Source: a bacterium (GTDB lineage Bacteria; UBA10199; 2-02-FULL-44-16; JAAZCA01). Taken from it: a DNA stretch of 64,000 bases. The translations under genes were made by a program, and so were the position numbers. Under the pieces are notes generated by a model, which worked only from the letters and a program-made list of their open reading frames with translations, did not search any database and was not told the DNA's origin. The first letter of the stretch is position 1, and each line of letters opens with the position of its first letter. This document shows, piece by piece, positions 30,470-40,185 of the stretch. The stretch is from the NCBI GenBank assembly GCA_963674695.2, contig CAXXGI010000003.1:960001-1024000 (forward strand). Direction: 5' to 3'.

Positions 30470-32428
30470 ATGTATGATGAGAGAAACAAAATCTGCCGGA
30501 CGCCGAACACTGTGCACTCGTCGTTTGAGCCGGAAGCGGAAACACCGCCCGTGGCGTGGATCGATGAGGCATCGCCGTCCTCTCCGGTCACTCCCTTCGA
30601 TACGTATATCACCATGACCCCCGAAGCGGTCGAAGACACGCTCGCGCCGCTGCGATGGAGCATCCTCGTCGCCAATCCACAAGTGCCGGTGAAGACGGAA
30701 CCATTCGTCATCGACCGACCGGTCGTGGTCTCATCCAATCCGATCGCCGGCGGCGGGAAGGCGATCCGCTACGCCGGCAAACTGCACGATACCTTCGCCC
30801 TGCAGGCAGACGAGGGCCATGTCGTTTTCATGGGCGACGTCGAATTCATCGAGACGAAGAAGAATCCTGGCGCACGCATCAGGGCGTTGGCCGAAGCGAT
30901 GCGCAAAACGGACACACCTCCGTATGCTATCGCCTGTGGCGGGGACGGCTCCTTCGTCGATTCGAGTACTGCCGCCTACACGCTCGCGAAGGAGGGGTGG
31001 CACGTGCGCCCCATTCCCTACATGGGCGGCACCGCGGGCGACATGCGCCGCGAATTGGGTGTGCCGCCTCAAGCGAAACACATGAGTCGGTTTTTAACGA
31101 CCGCTGTTCCGGTCGAACTCGATGTCGTCACCGCGCGCTTCAATGGGGGTGAGCCACAGCTCGTGCTTCACAGCCAGGGCAACGGCGTCTCCGGAGAGGT
31201 GTTCCTCGCTGCAGAGAGCCGACGCACGGCGACGGGCAAGATCAGCATCCCGACCTATCTGCGCGGAATGGTGGGCGGCGTCTGGAAGGCCAAGACCTTC
31301 TACGTGCGCGTGGACGGCGGCAAGCCAATTGCCGTCGGCGAAGTGATCACACTGGCCAACTCCACCTCCATCGGCGGCGTGACATACGTGCCGTTACCAG
31401 AGCGCGGCGGACAGATCCTCCTCGTGCCGGTGAATCCGAAACTTCCAGGACCCTTGCGTCTGACGCCCGGACTCGGACCCTTCTTCGACGCCTTCCGCCG
31501 CGGCATCCGCTACGCGCTCGGCGACCAGACCGTCATCGCACCCGGGTCGAAACTCGCACTCTTGGATGACACGCGCATGATCCCCGTGATGCCGGGGACC
31601 AAACACACGCTGGAATTCGTCGATGCGAACGGACAGCCCAAACCCGTCACGAGCGTCATCAATGGCGATCCGATCCAAAATGTGCAGAAGGTCGTCATCG
31701 AAGGGACCGGCGAGACGATCAGGACGCTCGCCACCAAGGACTCCGCGATCATGGTCCGTCGGGGGCTCGCATCGCCCACGACGATTTTGGGAACCGCCGC
31801 GAGCAAGGTGCGCACCATGGGCGCCACCACCATGCGCGGAGCAACACGCGCCGCACCCCTCTCTCTCATCGTGATCCACGAGGTCATCAGAGATCTTGCT
31901 GGGTTTCACACGGAGACACAAACACAGATCGACACCATGCACTTCGGCGGCCTTATGACGGGAAGCATCTTCGTCGCCGCTCGTTACGGAAGCATGCCGT
32001 TTATCGTGCAGATGGCACGCATCTCCCCCTTCCCCATCGTGGGCGATGCCGTGGGCCGCGGGATCAGCAACGCGGTCGGGAATGAACTGGGTATCGACGC
32101 GCTCACCGACGGCCACGATGCCAACAAATGGGTGGGATTTAGCAGCGGACTCGCAGCGCTCATTGCCGGTGATAAACTGCTCGGCGCCGAATTGGCGAAG
32201 GCCATCGACAAGAGCGTCATGGATTTTCTCGTCCGAACGATCGGCGGCGCCGGCGCCAAAGTCGAAGGGTGGCTCGCCTCCGCTGTACGCCTTCTCCGCG
32301 GCATGCCCGCCCCGATGCTCATGCTCATCATCATCGATCAGGGCGTCATCGACTGCTACATGACGCCGTCATCGGATGAGGACATGAACGCCCCCCTCGG
32401 CTGCGTCGGCCATCGTCAGGTCCTCTGA
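30470..32428 (+). CDS. Diacylglycerol-kinase-like domain protein with N- and C-terminal extensions (start uncertain, TTG 30431 or ATG 30470)
   Basis: SNPIAGGG, ACGGDGS and PYMGGTAGDMRRELGVP match DAGK catalytic motifs; hydrophobic Gly-rich C-terminus. Confidence 0.65.
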   Translation: MYDERNKICRTPNTVHSSFEPEAETPPVAWIDEASPSSPVTPFDTYITMTPEAVEDTLAPLRWSILVANPQVPVKTEPFVIDRPVVVSSNPIAGGGKAIRYAGKLHDTFALQADEGHVVFMGDVEFIETKKNPGARIRALAEAMRKTDTPPYAIACGGDGSFVDSSTAAYTLAKEGWHVRPIPYMGGTAGDMRRELGVPPQAKHMSRFLTTAVPVELDVVTARFNGGEPQLVLHSQGNGVSGEVFLAAESRRTATGKISIPTYLRGMVGGVWKAKTFYVRVDGGKPIAVGEVITLANSTSIGGVTYVPLPERGGQILLVPVNPKLPGPLRLTPGLGPFFDAFRRGIRYALGDQTVIAPGSKLALLDDTRMIPVMPGTKHTLEFVDANGQPKPVTSVINGDPIQNVQKVVIEGTGETIRTLATKDSAIMVRRGLASPTTILGTAASKVRTMGATTMRGATRAAPLSLIVIHEVIRDLAGFHTETQTQIDTMHFGGLMTGSIFVAARYGSMPFIVQMARISPFPIVGDAVGRGISNAVGNELGIDALTDGHDANKWVGFSSGLAALIAGDKLLGAELAKAIDKSVMDFLVRTIGGAGAKVEGWLASAVRLLRGMPAPMLMLIIIDQGVIDCYMTPSSDEDMNAPLGCVGHRQVL

Positions 32429-32499
32429 CTCCCTGCTCCGTTGACACCCCCGCGCTATGAACGCATACTCTGGCGCATCATTATTAAGGGGGGGATTTC

Positions 32500-34041
32500 A
32501 TGAAGCGAATGATCACACGTTCGGGACTCATCGCCGTTGCACTCACGCTCGCCGTCGGAGTGGTCGCCTGTTCAAAGCCCTGTTCCCGCGGGGAGGCTCT
32601 CGCCCCGCCCACGCTCGACAACAATCCGCAGTTCGACATGGTGCTGACCAATCGACGCCCCATTCTCTCGGCGAGCAATCCGAAACGAATGGACGGCGAC
32701 TTCACCCTCACCTTTGAAATCTCGACGGACCCTGCGTTCGCGTCAGACACCACCATCACCTATGCCGGGATCAAGCCGCTCGATCAGTATGCCACCTCCA
32801 AACAGATCGAGCCGCAGCATGAGCTGAATGATGGCACCTATTATTGGCGCGCCAAGACCGTCGATGGCAACGGCCGCGAAAGCCCCTGGGTGCAGACACG
32901 CTTCCATCTGGACGTGGAACACTCGCGCACCTATTCCGGATATCTGCGCGCGCCGGTCGTGCAGGCGACCGCTTCGGGCGGCGAGAATCCGCAGAACATT
33001 ATCGACTGGGACGACCAGGGACAGCTGAGCTTCTGGAACAGCGAACCGCCGGCCGCCGGAGAGAAGTTCCCCTGGATCATGCTCGACATGGGAAAACCGA
33101 CGCCGGTCGCACGCTTCTGGATGCTCTCGACACGCAGCACGACCACGGCACCGGGGTGGCTCACGCATTTCGTTTGGCAGGCGAGCAACGACGGCAAGAG
33201 TTGGACCGACATCTCCGGGACGGAAGTAAAGGCGAACGACACCTATCGCAACGTCGTCGATTTTACGCCCGTCAATGCGCGCTACTATCGCCTGGCGATC
33301 CTCGCGCAGAACGCGCTGCAGGCGCAGCTCAACGTCGTGATCCCCTATGTGCGCGCCACCCCTCCCATCCCGAATGTTCCCGATGATGACTACGTCCTCA
33401 TCATCGGCAATCAGATGAACGGCTTCACCTATACGCAGCTCAAGAAATTCGTGGAGGACCGAAACCTCAAGACCGTCACCGTCCCGCACCACGAGGCATC
33501 GCTGGCGGTCGTGCGCGCGCTGCGAAATAAACCGATGGGCATCATCTTCAGCGGCAACAACGCTGACTGGCAGTATCTGCCGATGTTCGAATATTACGGG
33601 GAGTTCGAAATCTATCGCGAGGTAAGCGACATTCCGATGATGGGCATATGCGCCGGCAACGAGTTCTACGCCATCGCCTACGGCATGAGTTTCGCCTATT
33701 GGATGGGGTGGTTCGATGACACGATCTTCCGTCTGCACGAGGGCGAAACGCCCGCGAAGGTGCAGATCCTGCCGGAGTTTGCCGACGACCCGATCTTTGC
33801 AAACCTCCCAAATCCTTTTCAAGCCGTCGAGATCCACAGCTGGGCGATCAATCCGCTCTTCCTCAAAGACCCGCGTTATGATGAATTCCAGATGACGAGC
33901 CAGACGTCCTACATCCAGACGATCAAGAGTGTGAAACGCCCGCTCTATTCCGAACAGTTTCACGGCGCGGTCGTCGATCCCTACAATCAGAGTGGAACGT
34001 ATCTGGATAATTTTCTGAAGGTGGCAAGGGAGAAGCAATAA
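32500..34041 (+). CDS. Lipoprotein with Ig-like, discoidin (F5/8C) and class I glutamine amidotransferase-like domains
   Basis: Lipobox VVAC; GTYYWR; WIMLDMG..SNDGKSW..ARYYRL; PMMGICAG, HS, EQFH. Confidence 0.75.
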   Translation: MKRMITRSGLIAVALTLAVGVVACSKPCSRGEALAPPTLDNNPQFDMVLTNRRPILSASNPKRMDGDFTLTFEISTDPAFASDTTITYAGIKPLDQYATSKQIEPQHELNDGTYYWRAKTVDGNGRESPWVQTRFHLDVEHSRTYSGYLRAPVVQATASGGENPQNIIDWDDQGQLSFWNSEPPAAGEKFPWIMLDMGKPTPVARFWMLSTRSTTTAPGWLTHFVWQASNDGKSWTDISGTEVKANDTYRNVVDFTPVNARYYRLAILAQNALQAQLNVVIPYVRATPPIPNVPDDDYVLIIGNQMNGFTYTQLKKFVEDRNLKTVTVPHHEASLAVVRALRNKPMGIIFSGNNADWQYLPMFEYYGEFEIYREVSDIPMMGICAGNEFYAIAYGMSFAYWMGWFDDTIFRLHEGETPAKVQILPEFADDPIFANLPNPFQAVEIHSWAINPLFLKDPRYDEFQMTSQTSYIQTIKSVKRPLYSEQFHGAVVDPYNQSGTYLDNFLKVAREKQ

Positions 34042-34082
34042 AACAGGAACACGCAACAATCGTCATGATACACTCGTTTTGT

Positions 34083-34153
34083 TGTCATCCCCGCAAACGC
34101 GGGGATCTCGGTGGATCGTGACAATCGAGATTCCCGCGTTCGCGGGAATGACA
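34083..34153. repeat. REP/RPE-like palindromic element (minimal form, no nested module)
   Basis: TGTCATCCCCGCAAACGCGGGGATCTCG...CGAGATTCCCGCGTTCGCGGGAATGACA between convergent genes. Confidence 0.85.
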
Positions 34154-34187
34154 CCCTTTGGAACGCAGAGCTTTCGGGATATCTCTT

Positions 34188-35453
34188 TTACATCGCGCTG
34201 ATGAGGCGCACGGTCATGGCGATGATGCCCATGAGGGCGACGAGGATGAGGGAGGCGTAGAAGACGAGGGAAACCCAGCGCCGCTTGCCGCCGAACTGGG
34301 TGATATTGGCCCAATGCCACCAGGGTATGAAGCGCGTCGGAGCATCCTCGCCGTAGATGTGCTCTCCTAACAGATCGCCGAAGGCGCCGCTCCCGCCCTT
34401 CTTGCCCTGGCGCATGCGTCTGGCCTTCTCGCGCAATTGATCGTCGAGCGTCAGGCCTAGCTTCTGCGCCGCGAGCGCCTCGGCCTTGCCGCCCATAAAC
34501 CGACCCTGCTCCGGTTTCTTCGTGGTCGCAAATTCACGACCGCGGCTGGCGGCGAGCGCGAGATACATCAGCTCCTCGCCCGTCAGATCCTTGAGCGCCC
34601 CCTTGCCCATCATCTCGCCCGGCTTCATCGCCGCAAATTTTGCCAGCGCCTCGGCCAGAATGGAGAACCGCACGAACTTCTCCACGCGCCCGCTCGAAAA
34701 GTGCATATCGCCGATGGCGACTCCCTTGCCGCCCTTGGCCACCGCGCCGCGCATGAGAAAACTACGGATGTCGTTTAAGAGCGCACGCTTTTTCACCGTG
34801 CGACTGAGAAAGTTTTTGAAAAACTGCTTCCACTGCCCTTCGGTCTTGGCCGCAAAGTGCGCCTTGCCGTCGGCACTCTCCTTGGCCACCTGCGCACCCT
34901 TTTCGAATCGAGCGATGACCATCCGCTCGAATGCGGAGAGCATGCGTTCCACGCGGGCCGTGGCCGCGCCCTGATCCGCTCCGGGACCAGCACCGCGTGC
35001 AGCAAGCGATGCCATGCGTCCCTTATCCTTCACGAGCTTGCCCTGGCGCATACGCATCTCAGGTTTCTTCTTGAGCTCCTCCCCCTTCTCGCGCGTCGCT
35101 TCCTTGGCCGTCTCGCGAGCCGTCTCCTCGGCCGCCTTCTTGCCCGCATCGTCAGCCGGCTGTTCAGGACGCCCCTCGAACTGCTCGCGGCGATCGACCA
35201 CCACGCGATCGGAACCGGGGAGATGAAACTGCTGATAGGCCTTGTTTCCCTCGAGCTTCTGGACGAGCTTCAAAAAGAAGGGCATGCGCTGGGCGACCTC
35301 GAAGGGCGATTTTTGCATCGCCTCAGCGAGCTCGGTCTCAGCCTTCTGCAATTCTTCGGCAGAGGCCCCGCGCTGGACCAGATCCATCCATTTCTGGAGG
35401 CTCTGCTCCGCATGGACCGAGGTGCCCTGTGTTGGCCAACCTGCTGCTAACAT
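34188..35453 (-). CDS. Hypothetical protein with C-terminal transmembrane anchor
   Basis: 421-aa ORF, GGAGGG RBS, charged helical body, single hydrophobic segment at the C-terminus, no signal peptide. Confidence 0.75.
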   Translation of the reverse strand: MLAAGWPTQGTSVHAEQSLQKWMDLVQRGASAEELQKAETELAEAMQKSPFEVAQRMPFFLKLVQKLEGNKAYQQFHLPGSDRVVVDRREQFEGRPEQPADDAGKKAAEETARETAKEATREKGEELKKKPEMRMRQGKLVKDKGRMASLAARGAGPGADQGAATARVERMLSAFERMVIARFEKGAQVAKESADGKAHFAAKTEGQWKQFFKNFLSRTVKKRALLNDIRSFLMRGAVAKGGKGVAIGDMHFSSGRVEKFVRFSILAEALAKFAAMKPGEMMGKGALKDLTGEELMYLALAASRGREFATTKKPEQGRFMGGKAEALAAQKLGLTLDDQLREKARRMRQGKKGGSGAFGDLLGEHIYGEDAPTRFIPWWHWANITQFGGKRRWVSLVFYASLILVALMGIIAMTVRLISAM

Positions 35454-35530
35454 CCTGAATTCCCTCCATTTTCAGCTGCAGTATAGAACGTTCCGCCCGG
35501 AAACACAACGGCGCAGACGCCTATCATCTA

Positions 35531-35559
35531 TTATCGGCTGAATGCCCCCCAAAAGTTTC
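35531..35559 (-). promoter_or_regulatory. Putative alternative-sigma promoter (sigma-28-like -10)
   Basis: Minus strand GAAAC-N17-CCGATAA (GCCGATAA), 77 nt upstream of ATG 35453. Confidence 0.65.
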
Positions 35560-35614
35560 GTCGGGCGGTCGCTTCCTTGACACCCCCACCCCCGGCGCGT
35601 AGAAGCGATCCGCT

Positions 35615-38600
35615 ATGCCCGCGAAAATAAGCGACATTCTGAATGCCCTGCGCACGACCGAGACATCGCTCGCCGTCGATGGCCTGGCCGGCGGGGCCTC
35701 GGGGCTCATGCTCGCCACGCTCATGCGCGAGGAGCGCGACCACCCGCTGCTCATCGTCGCCGCCGATGCCCGTCGGGCACAGGAGCTCATCGACGATATC
35801 ATGTTCTTCGCCCACCCGGCGGATGTCGCGCGCATCACCCCCTTTCCGGAGGGGAGCGCGCTCCCCTTCTCACGCCTCTCGCCCGATCCGGACGACTGGG
35901 CCGATCGTCTGCGCGTGTTGCATCGCATAAGCCGTCGCGAACCGATCGTCATCGTCGCCTCAGCGACCGCCCTTATGCGGCGACTCCCGCCGCCCGACTT
36001 TATCGCCAGCCAAACGCATGAGATCGGCCTGGGGGGCAAGCTCGATCCACATGCGCTCTGCCAAAGGCTCGCCGACATCGGCTATGAGGATGTCGGACTG
36101 GTGGAGGATGAGGGAACGTTCGCCCGGCGCGGCGGCATCGTCGACCTCTGGCCGCCCACCACCGACAAACCGGTGCGCCTCGAACTCGACGACGATCGCA
36201 TCCTCTCGATGCGCTTCTTTGAACCGGCCACGCAGCGCTCGCGTGGAGATCTGGCCAAGCTCACGATCATCCCGGCGCGCGATTTTCCCTTCGATGCCGA
36301 TGCCAGGAGCCGTGCGGCGCACCGCGTGCGCGAGCGCGCCGACGAGGCGGGACTGGCCGCACACGAACGTCGTAGCCTCATCGAAGTGCTGCACGAGGGG
36401 ATCGCCTTCTCCGGCATCGAGACGCTCATGCCGCTCTTTCACGAGAAAACCTCGACCTTCTTCGATGTGCTGCCGCGCGACACGATCGTCGTGGTCGATG
36501 CCGAGACCGACGTCGAGTCGGCGATCGAAAAATATCAGAAGGAGATCGACGCGCTCGTCACGGAATCGACCAGCCCCGAGCGCATCGTGACGCCCGCGGA
36601 AATCGTGATGACGCCCGCAACGTTCGAGGCGGGGCTGGCGTCGTTTCGCCGTCTGCGGATGGGAGCGCTCGCCGATACGGCCACGCCCGCACGCACGGCA
36701 CGGGTGCGCAGCAACGCGGAGATCTCCACACTCGTCGCCGCACATGCCGCGAACGAGGACATGCTCTCGCCGTTGGTGCGTCGCCTGCGCGAGTTCCAAC
36801 GCGAAGGCGCGCACATCCTCTTCACCTGCCACACTGCCGTGCAAGCCGAGCGCATCGCCGACCTCTTCCGCGGACACGGCGTGACGATCACTCCGTTCGA
36901 TGCCCCTTTCGAGACGCTCGCCGACATGAGCGCGTCGTCGGTCCATCTGCGGATCGGACGTCCCAGCGCCGGATTCCAGTGGATGGACGAGGGGCTCGTC
37001 ATCATCACCGACGAGGAGATCTTCGGGCACAAAAAAGCCACGCGCGCACCGGCGGCGCGACCGATGGAACCGTTCTCATCGCTTGCGGAACTGACCGAGG
37101 GAGACCTGATCGTCCACGAGCAGCACGGCATCGGACGCTTCGTGGGACTCAAGCACATGACCGTGGGAGATGAAGCGGGCGACTACCTGCTCATCGAATA
37201 CTTGGGCGAGGCCAAGCTCTACCTTCCGGTCTATCGTTTGAACCTCGTGGGGCGCTACATCGGTTCGAGCGATGCGGCCCCGATGCTCGACCGCCTGGGC
37301 GGCACGCGCTGGACAAGTCTGCGCAAGAAGGTCTCGCGCGCGATCCAGATCATGGCGCGCGAACTCGTCGACCTGTATGCGGCGCGCAAGGTCTTCCCCG
37401 GCTTTGCCTTCTCCGACGGGGGAGCGGCCTACGAGGAATTCTGTGCAGCCTTTCCCTATGATGAGACGCCCGACCAGGAACGCTCGATCAGGGATGTGAT
37501 GAACGACATGGGCACGGATCGCCCGATGGATCGACTCGTCTGCGGCGATGTGGGGTACGGCAAGACCGAGGTCGCCATGCGCGCGGCGTTTCGCGCAGCG
37601 CTGGCGGGCAAGCAGGTCGCCGTCCTCGTCCCCACCACGGTGCTCGCGCTGCAACACTTCGAAACATTCAAACAACGTTTTTCCGACGCACCGCTGAACA
37701 TCGCGATGCTCTCGCGCTTTGTTGCACGCAAGGAATCGGCCGCGGCGCTCGAAGGCCTCGCGCGCGGAACGGTCGACATCATCATCGGGACGCACCGTCT
37801 GTTGCAAAAGGACATGCGCTTTCGCGACCTGGGGCTGCTCATCATCGACGAGGAACACCGTTTCGGCGTGCGGCATAAGGAACGCATCAAGAAGCTGCGC
37901 GCGACCGTCGATGTCATGACGCTGACGGCCACGCCGATCCCGCGTACCTTAAACCTCTCACTCGCCGGCATTCGGGATATCAGTATCATCAATACGCCGC
38001 CAGCCGATCGTCAGGCGATCGCCACCTATGTCTCCCCTTTTGACGAGGGCGTCATCGGCCAAGCGGTGCGACGCGAGATGGCGCGGGGCGGCCAGGTCTT
38101 CTTCGTGCACAACCGCGTGCAGACGATCGACTCGATGCGCCAACGTCTGCAACGCCTCATTCCAGAGGCGCGTATCATCGTCGGCCACGGCCAGATGAAG
38201 GAGAGCGACCTCGAGGGCGTGATGATCGACTTTCTCGCGGGCAAGGCCGACGTGCTGCTGTGCACGACGATCATCGAATCGGGCCTGGACATCACGCGCG
38301 CCAACACGATCATCATCCATCGGGCCGACACCTTCGGACTCGCCCAGCTCTATCAGCTGCGCGGACGCGTCGGGCGCTCCAACCAGAAGGCCCACGCCTA
38401 CCTGCTCACCCCTCCGGAGGGGACGATGACGGCGATCGCCAAAAAACGCCTCACGGTCCTCAAGCGTTTCACGGAATTGGGTTCGGGATTTCAGATCGCG
38501 ATGCACGACCTGGAGTTTCGCGGCGCGGGCAATATCCTGGGCAGCGCGCAATCCGGCCACATCGCCGCGATGGGATATGAGCTCTATGCCAAGCTCCTGG

Positions 38601-39106
38601 ACCGGGCCATTCGACGACTGAAAGGCGCCACAATCACCGAGGAGATCGATCCGGAGCTGCACCTGAAGGTGGCGGCCTTCCTGCCGGAGGACTATGTCGC
38701 CGATCCGGGCACCCGCATCGACCTCTATCGACGGCTGGCCGGTCGCGAATCGGCCGAAGAGATCGAGGCCCTGGGCGAGGAGATGACCGACCGGTTTGGG
38801 GTCCTGCCGACCCAAGCCCAGACCCTCTTGGGGCTCATGGAGGTGCGCATCCTCGCTCGGCAGCTGCGTCTGCGACAGATCGTCTTTGACGGCCGCCAGT
38901 TCTCCTGCCAGCTCGACCCCTCCTGCCCGCTGGCCACCGAGACGCTCCTGGAGCTCATCGCCGCCCAGCCGCAGACCTGCCGGCTGATTCCGCCCGATCG
39001 CCTCCTCCTGCTCGCACCAGGGCTGACGGGCGACAATGCCGTCATTTCAGCGGCCAAAAAGGCCTTGAGCCGGTTTGCAGAGCGTGTTAGCGACGACGGA
39101 CTGTAA
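35615..39106 (+). CDS. mfd: Transcription-repair coupling factor
   Basis: RGGIVD, VH..HGIG, CGDVGYGKTEVAMRA, DEEHRFG, TATPIPRT, QLRGRVGR, DLEFRGAGN. Confidence 0.97.
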   Translation: MPAKISDILNALRTTETSLAVDGLAGGASGLMLATLMREERDHPLLIVAADARRAQELIDDIMFFAHPADVARITPFPEGSALPFSRLSPDPDDWADRLRVLHRISRREPIVIVASATALMRRLPPPDFIASQTHEIGLGGKLDPHALCQRLADIGYEDVGLVEDEGTFARRGGIVDLWPPTTDKPVRLELDDDRILSMRFFEPATQRSRGDLAKLTIIPARDFPFDADARSRAAHRVRERADEAGLAAHERRSLIEVLHEGIAFSGIETLMPLFHEKTSTFFDVLPRDTIVVVDAETDVESAIEKYQKEIDALVTESTSPERIVTPAEIVMTPATFEAGLASFRRLRMGALADTATPARTARVRSNAEISTLVAAHAANEDMLSPLVRRLREFQREGAHILFTCHTAVQAERIADLFRGHGVTITPFDAPFETLADMSASSVHLRIGRPSAGFQWMDEGLVIITDEEIFGHKKATRAPAARPMEPFSSLAELTEGDLIVHEQHGIGRFVGLKHMTVGDEAGDYLLIEYLGEAKLYLPVYRLNLVGRYIGSSDAAPMLDRLGGTRWTSLRKKVSRAIQIMARELVDLYAARKVFPGFAFSDGGAAYEEFCAAFPYDETPDQERSIRDVMNDMGTDRPMDRLVCGDVGYGKTEVAMRAAFRAALAGKQVAVLVPTTVLALQHFETFKQRFSDAPLNIAMLSRFVARKESAAALEGLARGTVDIIIGTHRLLQKDMRFRDLGLLIIDEEHRFGVRHKERIKKLRATVDVMTLTATPIPRTLNLSLAGIRDISIINTPPADRQAIATYVSPFDEGVIGQAVRREMARGGQVFFVHNRVQTIDSMRQRLQRLIPEARIIVGHGQMKESDLEGVMIDFLAGKADVLLCTTIIESGLDITRANTIIIHRADTFGLAQLYQLRGRVGRSNQKAHAYLLTPPEGTMTAIAKKRLTVLKRFTELGSGFQIAMHDLEFRGAGNILGSAQSGHIAAMGYELYAKLLDRAIRRLKGATITEEIDPELHLKVAAFLPEDYVADPGTRIDLYRRLAGRESAEEIEALGEEMTDRFGVLPTQAQTLLGLMEVRILARQLRLRQIVFDGRQFSCQLDPSCPLATETLLELIAAQPQTCRLIPPDRLLLLAPGLTGDNAVISAAKKALSRFAERVSDDGL

Positions 39107-39120
39107 GGAGAGCTTTTGTC

Positions 39121-39217
39121 GTCATTCCCGCCCCCGATTCAATCATTCGAGGGCAGGCTCCGGCGGGAATCTCGAAGTACTTGAACAATCGAGATTCCCG
39201 CCTCCGCGGGAATGACA
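39121..39217. repeat. REP/RPE-like palindromic element with nested module
   Basis: GTCATTCCCGC[CCCCGATTCAATCATTCGAGGGCAGGCTCC]GGCGGGAATCTCG...GCGGGAATGACA. Confidence 0.85.
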
Positions 39218-39234
39218 TCATGTTAAGGAAAGAG

Positions 39235-40185
39235 ATGCGCCACGTCATCCACACTATCGTCGTCATCTGCGCCACGTTAACCCTCGGGGCGTGTTCGCGC
39301 GCCGATTCGCCCGTCGTGGCCACCGTGGGCGGAAAGCCGATCACGGCGGCTCAGCTCGTCTCGCGCATGAAGATGGCTCGTGAAAAGTATGACCCGGTCC
39401 TGCTGCGCGACAAGGCGAACTTCGGCGAATTTCGCCAGCAGACGCTCAAAGGGCTCATCGACGAGCAGCTCTTCCTCTGGGAAGCCGATCGCGTCGGCAT
39501 CGTGATCACCCCTGAGGAGATGGCCGAACACCTGAGTGCACAGCGAGGAGAAGCCTCCGCTGAAGAGATGAATCAAGCCCTGCGCGACTATGGCATCGAT
39601 GCCGAAGACTGGGAGGAGACACAGCGCCGGCGGCTGGCCATCCAGAAGCTCATCCAGCAGGAGGTCATCGACGCCATCCCCGTCAGCGACGAGGAGGTCG
39701 CCGCGTACTACCGCAAGCACATCCAGGATTTTCGTCTGCCCACCCAGTTTCACGCACGCCAGATCCTCGTCGACTCACGCGAGACCGCCGAGGAGATCCA
39801 CGCCAAGCTCAAGCGCGGTGAAGATTTCGCCAAACTCGCACGCGCCTTCTCGATGAGCCCTGATGCACAGCGCGGCGGAGACCTGGGGCTGTTCGACGCA
39901 CGTACCTATCCGGAGATGTTCATCACGATCTGTCAGCGCCTCCAAATAGGCGAGATCAGCAAAGTGCTCGACACCGACTACGGCTACCAGATCTTCCAGC
40001 TGCTCGACCGACGCCCTCCGCGTCAGCGATCGCTCGGGGAGGTTACCGATGCTATTCGGCTGAAGCTGCGGGAGCAGCGCAGCGAAGCCGCCTTTGCCAC
40101 ATGGGTGGAGAAGATAACCAACCAGACCACCGCCTCGATCGACCAAACCCAGTTGAAGGGAGTTACTCTCGATGCCATCCCGTAA
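39235..40185 (+). CDS. PrsA/SurA-type parvulin peptidylprolyl isomerase lipoprotein
   Basis: Lipobox LGAC; ARQILV, GEDFAKLA..FS, GGDLG, TDYGY; follows mfd. Confidence 0.88.
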   Translation: MRHVIHTIVVICATLTLGACSRADSPVVATVGGKPITAAQLVSRMKMAREKYDPVLLRDKANFGEFRQQTLKGLIDEQLFLWEADRVGIVITPEEMAEHLSAQRGEASAEEMNQALRDYGIDAEDWEETQRRRLAIQKLIQQEVIDAIPVSDEEVAAYYRKHIQDFRLPTQFHARQILVDSRETAEEIHAKLKRGEDFAKLARAFSMSPDAQRGGDLGLFDARTYPEMFITICQRLQIGEISKVLDTDYGYQIFQLLDRRPPRQRSLGEVTDAIRLKLREQRSEAAFATWVEKITNQTTASIDQTQLKGVTLDAIP

